A stretch of DNA of 64,000 nucleotides. Origin: Glycera tridactyla (lineage: Eukaryota). Positions within the stretch are counted from its first letter, which is position 1. The number at the start of each line of letters is the position of its first letter. This document shows, in pieces, positions 37,618 to 50,146 of this stretch. A program made the translations under genes and the position numbers. The notes under the pieces were generated by a model that did not search any database, was not told the origin of the DNA, and saw only the letters and a list, made by a program, of their open reading frames with translations. The stretch is from the NCBI GenBank assembly GCA_965644265.1, contig OZ286476.1, forward strand, positions 54,622,001 through 54,686,000, written 5' to 3'.

Positions 37618-39405
37618 TGAAACATGTTTTCCTTGGTTTTCTCAAATTTGATTTGCAAAGTCATGATTCCCATGATTGTACCAGCCAAGGACATCTCGCC
37701 ATGCGAGCCCAGGTGATCAGCTGTTTATCATGCCAAAGAGGCCGTCCGTGTCTATGATTGGTCACTGAGAACACATGACTGGCAGCGGCGAATCAGGACA
37801 CGTTTTGCTTTCAAACAATGACCAAAATGTACTTTTTAATGATATCGGAGTCCTAAGTAAACCAACTCGGTGAAAAACACTCGAATAATTCTCTAATGTG
37901 TCTCTCCTACCATTTGGATGTGTTTTTGAAATAAAATTTACACGCCAAAGGTAGAACCTATTTTTCACAATCATCTGGGATAGTTCTGGTTAATTGTATA
38001 CCCCAAGAGGCCGTCTTGTCAAATGATGACCAGATCATGTGACCGTGAGGGCCAGTTATCATCCGTGATACTAAACGATCTTTGGCTTCGTGCTCATAAT
38101 GGAGAGTTGACTGACAAATAAACAATGACTCTGGATGGGTTCTGGATATTTCACTGGACTTTCGTCAATATTTGAAATACCAAATGTGGTGCCTTAGAAA
38201 GGTCAACATATTTCCTAAGGCTCCATATACTTTTTAATCAATGAACGGGCCGGGGTCCTGTATTTCAAGGTAACAAAAAAGGTGTGACTAAAAACCTAGA
38301 GCTATATCACGAACAATTGATGACAGACTTCTCGATTGAATTTTTAATGTGTGAATGCCAGAATAAGCGCAGTATGCATGAGATACGAACGCGAACCAGT
38401 CTTGATGTGAAGCGGCAAAACATCACTTTCCGCATCGTGTTGAAGAAACGGTAGAACCTCATGGATAAATGAATGTACCTGTATCACAAAGACTGGTCAT
38501 GAAATCACCTGTGTTTGAGAGACCAGTGAATGTACGTGAGTTTTCTAGAGCCAATGGCAGTTTGTATGGTGTTTTCGAGAAACGGAATAGGCAAAATGGA
38601 AGCAAGAAACCAAGAACTAACAATGCATGCCTGTGAAATGAAAGTTTTACTTGATCAAAAGTTACAGCTGAAACAACAGACCTCCAGAGTCTGACTACTT
38701 GATTATGCCTTGATAAATTGTATGCCAAATGCTGTATTCACAAATAAAGCATTGTCATTGTCATTGTCATTTTGAGCAAATCCACGTTTTTGGTACACAC
38801 AAGTGTTGAAATCTACCACCACGAAGATAATTCACTCTCTCTTGTAAGCTTGGGGCTGGCTCGAGGAAAGTGATTTTCAATATTACTGAAGTAAACTGCT
38901 TAAAACCAACCAATGATCCCAGAAGAGGATGAACTGAACCCAAATACCTGCTTTTATACACAGATAGGAGAAATCATCAAACAGCAAGCTGGTCAAGGAA
39001 TGTGTAAAATGGGGATCCTGACATGCAATGGCAAAATGGTTCTCTTTCGCCCTGGGGCTCAAAATTCTTCCTGAATTGCAAAATGAACAAGGCTGTGTGG
39101 ACAAGATTACCTCCTCGCAGATGAATTGATATGTTTTTCTTTCATAGAAATCTTGTATCAGTTTGTATCAGGCATATCCAAGCATTGAATTTTACCAACA
39201 GGCAGAGAATCTACTCTCGTGTGATGTTGGGGCTGGCTTCAGAAGAGTGATTTTCAATATTTCTGCAATAAATTGCTTCAATGGCACACAGGGTCTGAGA
39301 ATGTGGTGAATTATACCAAAATACAGTCAAACCTACTCCAGACTACCTGTATGTGTGGGCGTACATCAGTGCACACATGCATGCACGTTGGAAGAGATCA
39401 AAGTA

Positions 39406-39565
39406 CAGTGAAACCTGCGACGAGAGACCACCTCTGATGAGACTGCTTTTCCAAGGCAGCTTTCCTATTTGACAAAGTCAAATATACCTGCGACAAGAGA
39501 CCATGTGTTTTGAGAGACCGCTTTTTGTTGACATTTAGGGTGGTCCCTGGTAGCAGGTTTCAATG
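39406..39565. mobile_element. MITE, CAGTGAAACCTG family, TA TSD
   Basis: TA-CAGTGAAACCTGC ... GCAGGTTTCAATG-TA. Confidence 0.85.
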
Positions 39566-41533
39566 TACTCACAACTTAGCATTGATGTGTGACTAGCAGT
39601 GCACTCACTCACCATGCTTGACTACCCGTAATCATGATGAGAAATGAGATGCCTGGTGATATGAACACACTCGAAAAAACAACTACATATCTATTCAGGT
39701 GGAATTGATCCCAGGGATCTGGAGGCATTCCACCTGAATTTCTGAATCAGCTGAGTATCCATATAAATAATGTTGGATTTTGCTCCATGAGCATAAATCA
39801 AACACGTTGAGCCTAAATTCCTGAAATAAAATTGGTATTTTGCCCTATAGTTGCAGTATGCTGGACTTCTTTGGATTTTGCATAATTGATTGGAGAAATC
39901 CAGCAAAATCAATTAATTACAGAAATATCACTCAGTGAAGTTGACCCTGAATTTTTGCAATAAAAGTTGGATTTTCCCTTAGCAGACATCCTTTTTTTTT
40001 TGCCTACAGGCCTATAGTATTATTGCTTGAATCCAGACAATGCCAGTTTTCATAAACTTGGAGAAATATATGAGGTGCCATATGTGGGTAAGTGGCCTCC
40101 AATATCTTTTCAAACCAATAGCCCCCTATGTCCCCAACAATCTCCAGCCTGAGTACACATAGAGCCCTGTCATGGTCTCAGATGTATATATATATATTGT
40201 GGCAAGCCCAACATCCTCGTGAAAACAGAGTAGGTGGCAGCAGCTGACCAGTGTTCTCATATAACAATGCTTTCTCACTTCAAATCCACAAGAAATTGCA
40301 TGATTTCTGAAAATGACATTTGTACATTTCGATAACGTACCATGAAACACACCCAATGTTGAAATGTTTCTGGGCAAATTGTTTTCACATTCATCAAATT
40401 CACAAACAGCCATGAGAGATCTCATGTCAAGGTCATACCTCCAAGGTCAGAGGTCTCAGGGTCAAATTGTGATGTGCACCACTGCAATCTTTCTGAAGCA
40501 ACATATGCTATTGCAAAGTTGGGTGAAAAAGCCTCCAAATACAGTGGACCTGTGATGAGAAACCCCAATCAGAGACCACCTACAACAGGAGTCCACCTTC
40601 ACAAGACAGCTTTCCTATCAGTTCTGTGAGGGTGATCCTGGAATTTAGTCATCTTAGATATGTGTTTGGAGCCTAAACCACAAACAAGCAAACACGTGCC
40701 TCAGGTCATTATGAGGTATTGGTGAGATTGTGAATGGGAGCAACCACCAAACAGAATTGGGAATCCTCTGGGATCATTAGGCATGTTTGCTAAAATATGG
40801 ATAGTACATGGACAATTCCATGCCAGGAGTTGTTGCACACTGATTCACTCACGTCCATTCATGCATGCATAGCTGGTTACACAACCAGTGGAGGTTAACT
40901 TCTTTTGCCACCTGTGTTCAGTCATGCATGCAAAGTTGGTAACACAACCAACAGCTACCCTGTGGTCAATGTACAATGGTTGTCATGGCAGGCTGACAAC
41001 AAACCAGGGTTGTCATGACAGGCTCACAACAAACACTGCTGATTTATAGGAGAGAGGCAGCAGCAGTCAGAAGTGCTCCAGCCCAGGAAGAATCAACACT
41101 CACTCTGTGCATTCACCCCCAACTTTTTCTAGAAAACTCTGCCAAAGTCAAGGTAATTATCATATTTTTGTCATAATCTTGTTGGTATCAATTATATCTA
41201 CTGCATATATTGTTGTGCCTACGATTTATTGGTGTGAACTTTTAACTTTCAAGAATGATTTTGTTATGTGACTGGTTCCTTTGTTCTCAAAGGTTGTAGG
41301 AAACTACGGAAACAGCCTTACCACCTCAATTTTAAATTTGTTGAAGTTCTCATATGAGGCAGAATCATGAAAGTCTTAAGTAATCAACATCTATTTCTGT
41401 TCAGCAACTTTTGGTTTAAGATTGTTAAGCCTATACTTCATTCGTGTGAACTTCTTCTTGTGGAGCTGCGTTCTTTGTTCCTACAAACTGTAGAAGTACG
41501 CAATGGAACCAGCCCTACCACCTGGAATTGGTG

Positions 41534-41706
41534 CAGTGAAACCTGTGATGAGAGACCCCCTGACGAGAGGCCACCTCTGACGGGAGACCGCTTTTTCTGG
41601 GCATCTGCTCCATTTGACAGTCAAATATACCTCTGACATGAGACCACCTCTTTTGAGACCACATTTTTGTGACATTTAGGTTGGTCTCTCGTCACAGGTT
41701 TCACTG
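41534..41706. mobile_element. MITE, CAGTGAAACCTG family
   Basis: CAGTGAAACCTGTGATGAGAGACC ... GGTCTCTCGTCACAGGTTTCACTG-TA. Confidence 0.88.
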
Positions 41707-41897
41707 TAGTGGCACTTATAAGTGTTAATCATCCCTCGCCGAAAGTCGTAGAGATATCAAAATAGTGGTCGTCCGTCAGTTCATCAGTCCGTCACACTTT
41801 CATGGCTGCACAACTCCTCATTCATTTTACATGCAATTTTCACCAGAATGATCATCATAAGGTTCTCCAGTGCATATTGTCAGGGTTTTGTGATATA

Positions 41898-42528
41898 CCG
41901 CATTCTCCCTAATTAGCGCCCTCACCCTCATGAGTGACCCCCCCCCCCCCCCCCCAACCACGAAGAGAAGTTGCCTACTGGCTTTGATAGTCACGTATAT
42001 TTGAATTTCCCGCACTCTCTGGGCCAGCAAGGAGGCCAGATCCAACATGGCGGCGCGCACGTGGATGAAGAAGCCACTCCTTGCCACTTGATATTTCTGC
42101 TTTTTTCAGCAAATATTCGACGGATTCGAGAGGTCTAAGCATGGATACCACACGATTATATACCTAGGAATTCATCCGCACAATCATTTTTACTGTGAGT
42201 TCGATATCTAGTGGGTTTTAATCGCAGCAAACTTACATCTGAAAACACGAGATTGACTTGTCAAAGTGAGAGTCATCAACAAGTCATACAGATGCCACTT
42301 TCGATCAGTGTTTATTGGGCAAATAATCGTCGTATCCTCATAGTATTCCAATGTTTTCTCCCATACGACATGAATAGAACCCTGAGAATACATTTATCGA
42401 ATGTTTCTTTGATATTTCACCTGTCACCGACCGTTGTTCGCCCATCGACGATTTTCAATATCTTGAACAAATAGGCGCCCCCCTTTCTCAATTTGCAAGC
42501 ACCTCAGGGCGCTAATTAGAGAATATGG
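41898..42528. mobile_element. 631-bp TA-flanked MITE (CCG(C/T)ATT-type TIR) nested in a dispersed repeat
   Basis: TA-CCGCATTCTCCCTAATTAGCGCCCT ... AGGGCGCTAATTAGAGAATATGG-TA. The flanks join to match 59515-59565. Confidence 0.72.
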
Positions 42529-43574
42529 TAATCAATTTTGAAGGAGTTCTTGCCTTTTTTTGGATTTTACATGCATTTTTGGGCATATTTTGGCACATTC
42601 ACTATGTCTGTATCGTGAAACACATCCCTGAAATGAATGATGCTTCCCCCAGCTTTGCTGACAAGCTTCTGTTGTTCATACTCGTATTATGTAAGACCTA
42701 TACAACTATCCTGAAGCCATTCATTGTGACCTGCGTTGATTAAGATTGGACACTCCTCTACTCAAACACAAACTTTCACCTATCCCTTCTGTGTGCGTGT
42801 GCGTGTGCGCATGCGTGCATGCGCACACATGGAGTTATTGCCTTTTGTGAAGAAGCAACCATGGTGAGGGATACACTGTCTGGGACATATTCTTGTTTGA
42901 AATTGTAGCGCCAGTCCTCACCCAATTTCTCTGAAATTGTATGTTATGCCACCTGAATTGTCATATTTTCACCTCTTGCAGCTTCATCATTCAGGAAAAT
43001 TGGCCTGACATGTTTGGTTTGACAGACCCCATTTCCATCAATCTCACAATATTGCCAATGCTTCGTCAAAATGAATATCCAATATAGTGTGACCTGTAAG
43101 TTACCCTCTTGATTGAATGATCCTTGTTTAGGATGACCAAGATGACACTGCATGAAATCACTTGAGCTGTAGCCCTGTCACATAAGTGGCCTGGTGACCA
43201 GGTGATAAATGTAGGGATCATTTACTGAATGAAATACCACTGCAGATATTCCCTAGGTAGGCATGTGACCTTTGTCAAGAGGTGGTCTTTCGAGCAAGTT
43301 TGACTGTACAATGGAACCTTCAACAAGACCACTTTCACAGGGCAATTTTCCTTTCACCAGTCATATAGAGTGAAATTGCAACAAGACTGCAGAGCATGCA
43401 TTTCATGGATCCCTATTTTCCACCACCACCCCTGCACATATTCACATGTTATGTGTCTATACCTTCAAGGCGAGACGTGAAGCAGATTATTGAAGCACCA
43501 GCATTGTATGATCACCTGACTGAAATTAGAATGGGGATCCATGACGTGCACTTTAGCCGAGACTTGCCTTAATG

Positions 43575-44039
43575 TCATTAAAATGTGGTCTCAAGAGGTG
43601 GTCTCTCATCAGAGGTATACTTGACTTGATTGTCATAGAAAAGCTGCCCTGAAAAGGTGGTCTCCTGTTGGGGGCTCATTGTAGGTTGCACCGTACTTCC
43701 AGGAGTCTTTACTGCTTATGAGACCACCTATACAGATCCCCTGCTTACTATGACCACCTTCATTTGTGATCACCTGCCAGTAGTCCTACAGTAAACAACC
43801 TGCACAGAAACTAGTTGCCTATAAATACCAGTTTTCAATACAACCAAGGGTGGTCTTTGTTGACAGGTTTGATTTTTGAGACATTTTGGTGACAATGAAG
43901 CTGGTCTCTTCTCACAGGTTTGAGTTTACTTGCTCTTCTCTACTTGGCATAGTCAAATATACCTCCAATGAGAGACCGCCTGTCTTGAGACCGCTTTTCA
44001 TTGGAATTTAGGGCAGTCTCCAAAGACAGGTTTCTACTG
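43575..44039. mobile_element. Cluster of partial CAGT-family MITEs
   Basis: Several GGTGGTCTC/GAGACC half-elements. 43950-44039 matches the right half of 1584-1761. Confidence 0.65.
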
Positions 44040-44314
44040 TACTGGTCATGTCGAAATGAGCCCTCTCCTCTCTGTGCGAAAAACAACCAAATCTGGATAA
44101 ACCAGTGTGGGAATGCATCACTGCTAAAATTTTAATACTATTTAATTCTGGTCTCTGACATTGCACATCTACCAATCAATCATCTTAACCCAGCAGAGAC
44201 TAAAAAAAGGTTGAGAATCATCCGTGGAAAGTTTAAACTTGTGCGCAAAGATTTGATTGTTTCTGTTCAAATTGGGGGGGGGGGGGGGGGGGTCCTCATT
44301 TGATAGGCCATATA

Positions 44315-44478
44315 CAGTCAAACCTCCTCTCTATAAAGACACATCTCCCTATAGACCACCCTGAACTGCAACCGTGCTGGTATTTTTAACAGTAAATGAC
44401 CTCCCTCTAAAGACCACCTCCTTATGAAGACCACTTTTGATGCAACAGAAAGGCGGTCTTTATAGAGAGGTTCGACTG
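44315..44478. mobile_element. MITE, CAGTCAAACCT subfamily, TA TSD
   Basis: TA-CAGTCAAACCTCCTCTCTATAAAGAC ... GTCTTTATAGAGAGGTTCGACTG-TA. Confidence 0.9.
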
Positions 44479-44579
44479 TACATTTGAATACAAGAATTCA
44501 AAAGCTTTGAAGAGCCAAAATTACACTTTACACTTCAGAGATAGAATTGACATTGATGTGAAGCATCAGAAGTCTACTA

Positions 44580-45068
44580 AGATGAAACCTGTGCTAATAC
44601 TGCATCTTGCCAAACAATCTCATCAAAGATATTGACCGCCCTGAATACCACCAAAGAGTGGTTTCTCAAAAAGAGGTGGTCTCTTATTGGAGGTATATCT
44701 GACTGTCAAAAAGAAAAGCCTCCTTGTTTTCAGTGATGGAATTCACATAGCTGTGATGCCGCAATGAGCTACTATGGTGAAACCTGCCATGAGACCTCCC
44801 TAAATACCACTAAAAAGTGGTCTCTCAAAAAGAGGTGGTATCTTGTTGGAGGTATATTTGACTGTCAAATGGATAAGTCTCCTTGCTTTCAGAGATAGGA
44901 TTCACATAGCAGTGAAGCTGCAGTGAGCTACTATAGTGAAACCTGCCATGAGAGACCACCTTAAATATCACCAAAAAGTGGTCTCTCAAAAAGAGGTGGT
45001 CTCTCATTGAAGGTATATTTGACTATCAAAAAGAGAAGCCTCCATGATTACAGAATTGACATAGCTCC
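44580..45068. repeat. Three tandem ~159-bp units each containing a MITE left half
   Basis: TGAAACCTG at 44583, 44778 and 44937, each followed by AAAGTGGTCTCTCAAAAAGAGGTGG-like sequence and no right TIR. Confidence 0.85.
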
Positions 45069-46197
45069 CCGAATAAAACCTTCATCCATGATAGTAAGAA
45101 AATTTTTGTTGACATTTATGTTTGAATTACCTGAATAGCACAAATGGCCAATCACACCAAACATCCTGTCATGCTTCAGTTGTAAGTTTGGTCAGTGGGA
45201 GCATAGACAGACTTAACTAGTACTCAGGTTAGCCATTTTGTTGTTTGTGACGTCATCATTATGGGTATTCATCATGACACCATCTTTCTTTCTCCATTGC
45301 TTCAACATTTGCTGGACTGAATGACCTGTAAGCAGCCACCCTTCGTCCTTTGAGAGCAACCATTCTTGGACAATGGATGTAAAGGTAAAATAATTAACAC
45401 ATTCATTTCTGTTTGCAGGTCGAACCGGCACTTGAGTGAAGATCCAAGCAAATCAGTTTTCGATTCATCAAAAAGCTGAGGTAAGAATCCTTTGCGATGA
45501 CTTTTCTGGGTGATTTCTCTTCTGATACTGCATCTTGCCAAACAATCTCATCAAGGATATTGACACGAGATTGCATTGTTTTTGTTGTCTTGTTACACCC
45601 TATTTCGTGGCTAGACAGTCTCTGTTGACTGCATAATGCTAATCGCAGGCCTTAATGATTTTGTATATTCAATCATATCAATTGAATTTCGTATGACTTA
45701 CAGAATTTGAGAATAATTTCTTGATGCAGTGCAAAAGCAGTTTTGAATGGTATATTATGAAATTTGTTGGGCCTTTCTTCATAAGATACCCATGGTCACA
45801 GAAATACTGAGCTATATCAGAGGTGGCCTCCCTATTGACTGGGTCTTTCATGCAGGTTTGGAGAGGAATCATTCATTTTCTGGTAAGAAAAGGTGTGGAT
45901 AGTATGGTAACATGTAAGTTACATGAACACTGCAGATATTGACTTCATTTTCGTGAGAAGGCAAATTACTTGAATGCCACTTTTTTTCTTGAATATCCAA
46001 CTCTGGATCAGATATCAGTAACAAGTAAAATAATCCCATCATAGCAATTGACACTGTCCATACAACAGGTAAATATGACCAGGCACAATATTTGATGACC
46101 ACCATTATTGATGACCATAACAATCAAACACAAAATGATCAGGGTGTAAGTATAGTCTAGCTTGTGGGTAAATTGAGAATTAGCTAGATGCCGCCAT

Positions 46198-46546
46198 CAC
46201 TTAGTTTGGGACTAGCTGGGGTTAGATAACTTAGGATCGCAGCCAGCACTTAGTTTGGACTAGCTGGGCTTAGATGACTTAGGATCGCAGCCAGCACTTA
46301 GTTGGGACTAGCTGGGCTTAGATAACTTAGGATCGCAGCCAGCACTTAGTTGGGACTTGCTGGGCTTAGATAACTTAGGATCACAGCCAGCACTTAGTTG
46401 GGACTAGCTGGGCTTAGATAATTTAGGATCGCAGCCAGCACTTAGTTGGGACTAGCTGGGCTTAGATAACTTAGGATCGCAGCCAGCACTTAGTTGGGAC
46501 TAGCTTGGCTTAGATAACTTAGGATCGCAGCCAGCACTTAGTTGGG
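46198..46546. repeat. 48-bp VNTR, ~7 copies
   Basis: Unit CACTTAGTTGGGACTAGCTGGGCTTAGATAACTTAGGATCGCAGCCAG. Confidence 0.96.
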
Positions 46547-47811
46547 ATTTGTAGGGGCTAGGTAGCTTAAGATATTAGTTAGTGATAGATGCGCAGCCAG
46601 CACTTAGTTGGGATGTCTGGGTTTGTGTGGGTCAGTGGGAGCATAGGCAGATTTAACTAGTACTCAGGTTAGCCATTTTGTTGTTTGTGACGTCATCATT
46701 ATGGGTATTCATCATGCCTGTTGTCATGAGAGCTGGTTTCTATGATCATGATTGAAGCAGCCACTTTGAAATCTTTATTTGATCTCTAGAACAAGAGTAT
46801 TTGATGGCTGATATGTGATGGAGCAATCTAAATACAAGATTGGTATATTGGGAATTCAGGAGCACAGGTGAGTCCACCAGAATGATGAGCTCAAGTTTGA
46901 GGTAGTGGAAGGATCACACCTAATCACATCATCCGCATGGAGCCCAGCTATCGTCCAGTGAGTCAAACACATGACGTAATCTCCAGTATGAAGGCCAACA
47001 ATCATTGATTGGTATCTGGTGACTGTAAAATCAGTCAAACCTGTCAATAGTAATTGCATTCTTCCTGGGTAACATCCCTGGAATAGAGTTGGATTTATTC
47101 AATGGTCCAAAGGAGCTTTATCGAAGAAATTGAATACCTGCAGCCATTCACTGCGCTTGTGATAAATGTTGATCTTTCATGAGGTTGCCGTGCTTTCCCA
47201 CATCAGGAAGGCTACGCATGTTGTTTATGTTAATCCAGCACATCTATTCTAGATGATTTTGTAGATTCAATCATATCAATTGAATTTGGTATGACTTACA
47301 GAATTTGAGAATAATTTCTTGATGCAGTGCAAAAGCAGTTTTGAATGGTATATTATGAAATTTGTTGGGCCTTTCTTCATAAGATACCAATGGTCACAGA
47401 AATACTGAGCTATATCAGAGGTGGCCTCCCTATTGACTGGGTCTTTCATGCAGGTTTGGAGAGGAATCATTCATTTTCTGGTAAGAAAAGGTGTGAATAG
47501 TATGGTAACATGTAAGTTACATGAACACTGCAGATATTGACTTCATTTTCGTGAGAAGGCAAATTACTTGAATGCCACTTTTTTTCTTGAATATCCAACT
47601 CTGGATCAGATATCAGTAACAAGTAAAATAATCCCATCATAGCAATTGACACTGTCCATACAACAGGTAAATATGACCAGGCACAATATTTGATGACAAC
47701 CATTATTGATGACAACCATTATTGATGACAATAACAATCAAACACAAGATGATCAGGGTGTAAGTATAGTCTAGCTTGTGGGTAAATTGAGAATTAGCTA
47801 GATGCCGCCAT

Positions 47812-48546
47812 CACTTAGTTTAGGACTAGCTGGGCTTAGATAACTTAGGATCGCAGCCAGCACTTAGTTGGGACTAGCTGGGCTCAGATAATTTAGGATT
47901 GCAGCCAGCACTTAGTTTGGACTAGCTGGGCTTAGATGACTTAGGATCGCAGCCAGCACTTAGTTGGGACTAGCTGGGCTTAGATAACTTAGGATCGCAG
48001 CCAGCACTTAGTTGGGACTTGCTGGGCTTAGATAACTTAGGATCACAGCCAGCACTCAGTTGAAACTAGCTGGGCTTAGATAATTTAGGATCGCAGCCAG
48101 CACTTAGTTGGGACTAGCTGGGCTTAGATAATTTAGGATCGCAGCCAGCACTTAGTTGGGACTAGCTGGGCTTAGATAACTTAGGATCGCAGCCAGCACT
48201 TAGTTGGGACTAGCTGGGCTTAGATAACTTAGGATCGCAGCCATCACTTAGTTCGAGACTAGCTGGGGTTAGATAACTTAGGATCGCAGCCAGCACTTAG
48301 TTGGGACTAGCTGGGCTTAGATAACTTAGGATCGCAGCAAGCACTTGGTTTGGACTAGCTGGGCTTAGATAACTTAGGATCGCAGCCAGCACTTAGTTGG
48401 GACTAGCTGGGCTTAGATGACTTAGGATCGCAGCCAGCACTTAGTTTGGGACTAGCTGGGGTTAGATAACTTAGGATCGCAGCCAGCACTTTGTTGGGAC
48501 TAGCTGGGCTTAGATAACTTAGGACCGCAGCCAGCACTTAGTTGGG
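47812..48546. repeat. 48-bp VNTR, ~15 copies
   Basis: Same unit, expanded in the middle block. Confidence 0.96.
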
Positions 48547-49797
48547 ATTTGTAGGGGCTAGGTAGCTCAAGATATTAGTTAGTGATAGATGCGCAGCCAG
48601 CACTTAGTTGGGATTTCTGGGTTTGTGTGGGTCAGTGGGAGCATAGGCAGATTTAACTAGTACTCAGGTTAGCCATTTTGTTGTTTGTGACGTCATCATT
48701 ATGTGTATTCATCATGCCTGTTGTCATGAGAGCTGGTTTCTATGATCATGACTGAAGCAGCCACTTTGAAATCTTTATTTAATCTCTAGAACAAGAGTAT
48801 TTGATGGCTGATATGTGATGGAACAATCTAAATACAAGATTGTTATATTGGGAATTCAGGAGCACAGGTGAGTCCACCAGAATGATGAGCTCAAGTTTGA
48901 GGTAGTGGAAGGATCACACCTAATCACATCATCCGCATGGAGCCCAGCTATCGTCCAGTGAGTCAAACACATGACGTAATCTCCAGTATGAAGGCCAACA
49001 ATCATTGATTGGTATCTGGTGACTGTAAAATCAGTCAAACCTGTCAATAGTAATTGCATTCTTCCTGGGTAACATCCCTGGAATAGAGTTGGATTTATTC
49101 AATGGTCCAAAGGAGCTTTATCGAAGAAATTGAATACCTGCAGCCATTCACTGCGCTTGTGATAAATGTTGATCTTTCATGAGGTTGCCATGCTTTCTCA
49201 CATCAGGAAGGCTACGCATGTTGTTTATGTTAATCCAGCACATCTATTCTTGATGATTTTGTAGATTCAATCATATCAATTGAATCTGGTATGATTTACA
49301 GAATTCGAGAATAATTTCTTGATGCAGTGCAAAAGCAGTTTTGAATGGTATATTATGAAATTTGTTGGGCCTTTCTTCATAAGATACCAATGGTCACAGA
49401 AATACTGAGCTATATCAGAGAGGTGGCCTCCCTATCGACTGAGTCTTTCATGCAGGTTTGGAGAGGAATCATTCATTTTCTGGTAAGAAAAGGTGTGAAT
49501 AGTATGGTAACATGTAAGTTACATGAACACTGCAGATATTGACTTCATTTTCGTGAGAAGGCAAATTACTTGAATGCCACTTTTTTTCTTGAATATCCAA
49601 CTCTGGATCAGATATCAGTAACAAGTAAAATAATCCCATCATAGCAATTGACACTGTCCATACAACAGGTAAATATGACCAGGCACAATATTTGATGACC
49701 ACCATTATTGATGACCATAACAATCAAACACAAAATGATCAGGGTGTAAGTATAGTCTAGCTTGTGGGTAAATTGAGAATTAGCTAGATGCCGCCAT

Positions 49798-50146
49798 CAC
49801 TTAGTTTGGGACTTGCTGGGGTTAGATAACTTAGGATCGCAGCCAGCACTTAGTTGGGACTAGCTGGGCTTAGATGACTTAGGATCGCAGCCAGCACTTA
49901 GTTGGGACTAGCTGGGCTTAGATAACTTAGGATCGCAGCCAGCACTTAGTTGGGACTAGCTTGGCTTAGATAACTTAGGATCGCAGCCAGCACTTAGTTG
50001 GGACTAGCTGGGCTTAGATAACTTAGGATCGCAGCCAACACTTAGTTGGGACTAGCTGGGCTTAGATAACTTAGGATCGCAGCCAGCACTTAGTTGGGAC
50101 TAGCTTGGCTTAGATAACTTAGGATCGCAGCCAGCACTTAGTTGGG
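49798..50146. repeat. 48-bp VNTR, ~7 copies
   Basis: Same unit. Confidence 0.96.

Noticed and set aside
46198-50146. 48-bp arrays as CRISPR, coding or telomeric repeat
   Set aside because: No spacers. Stops occur in all six frames. The TTAG-containing words do not form (TTAGG)n or (TTAGGG)n.
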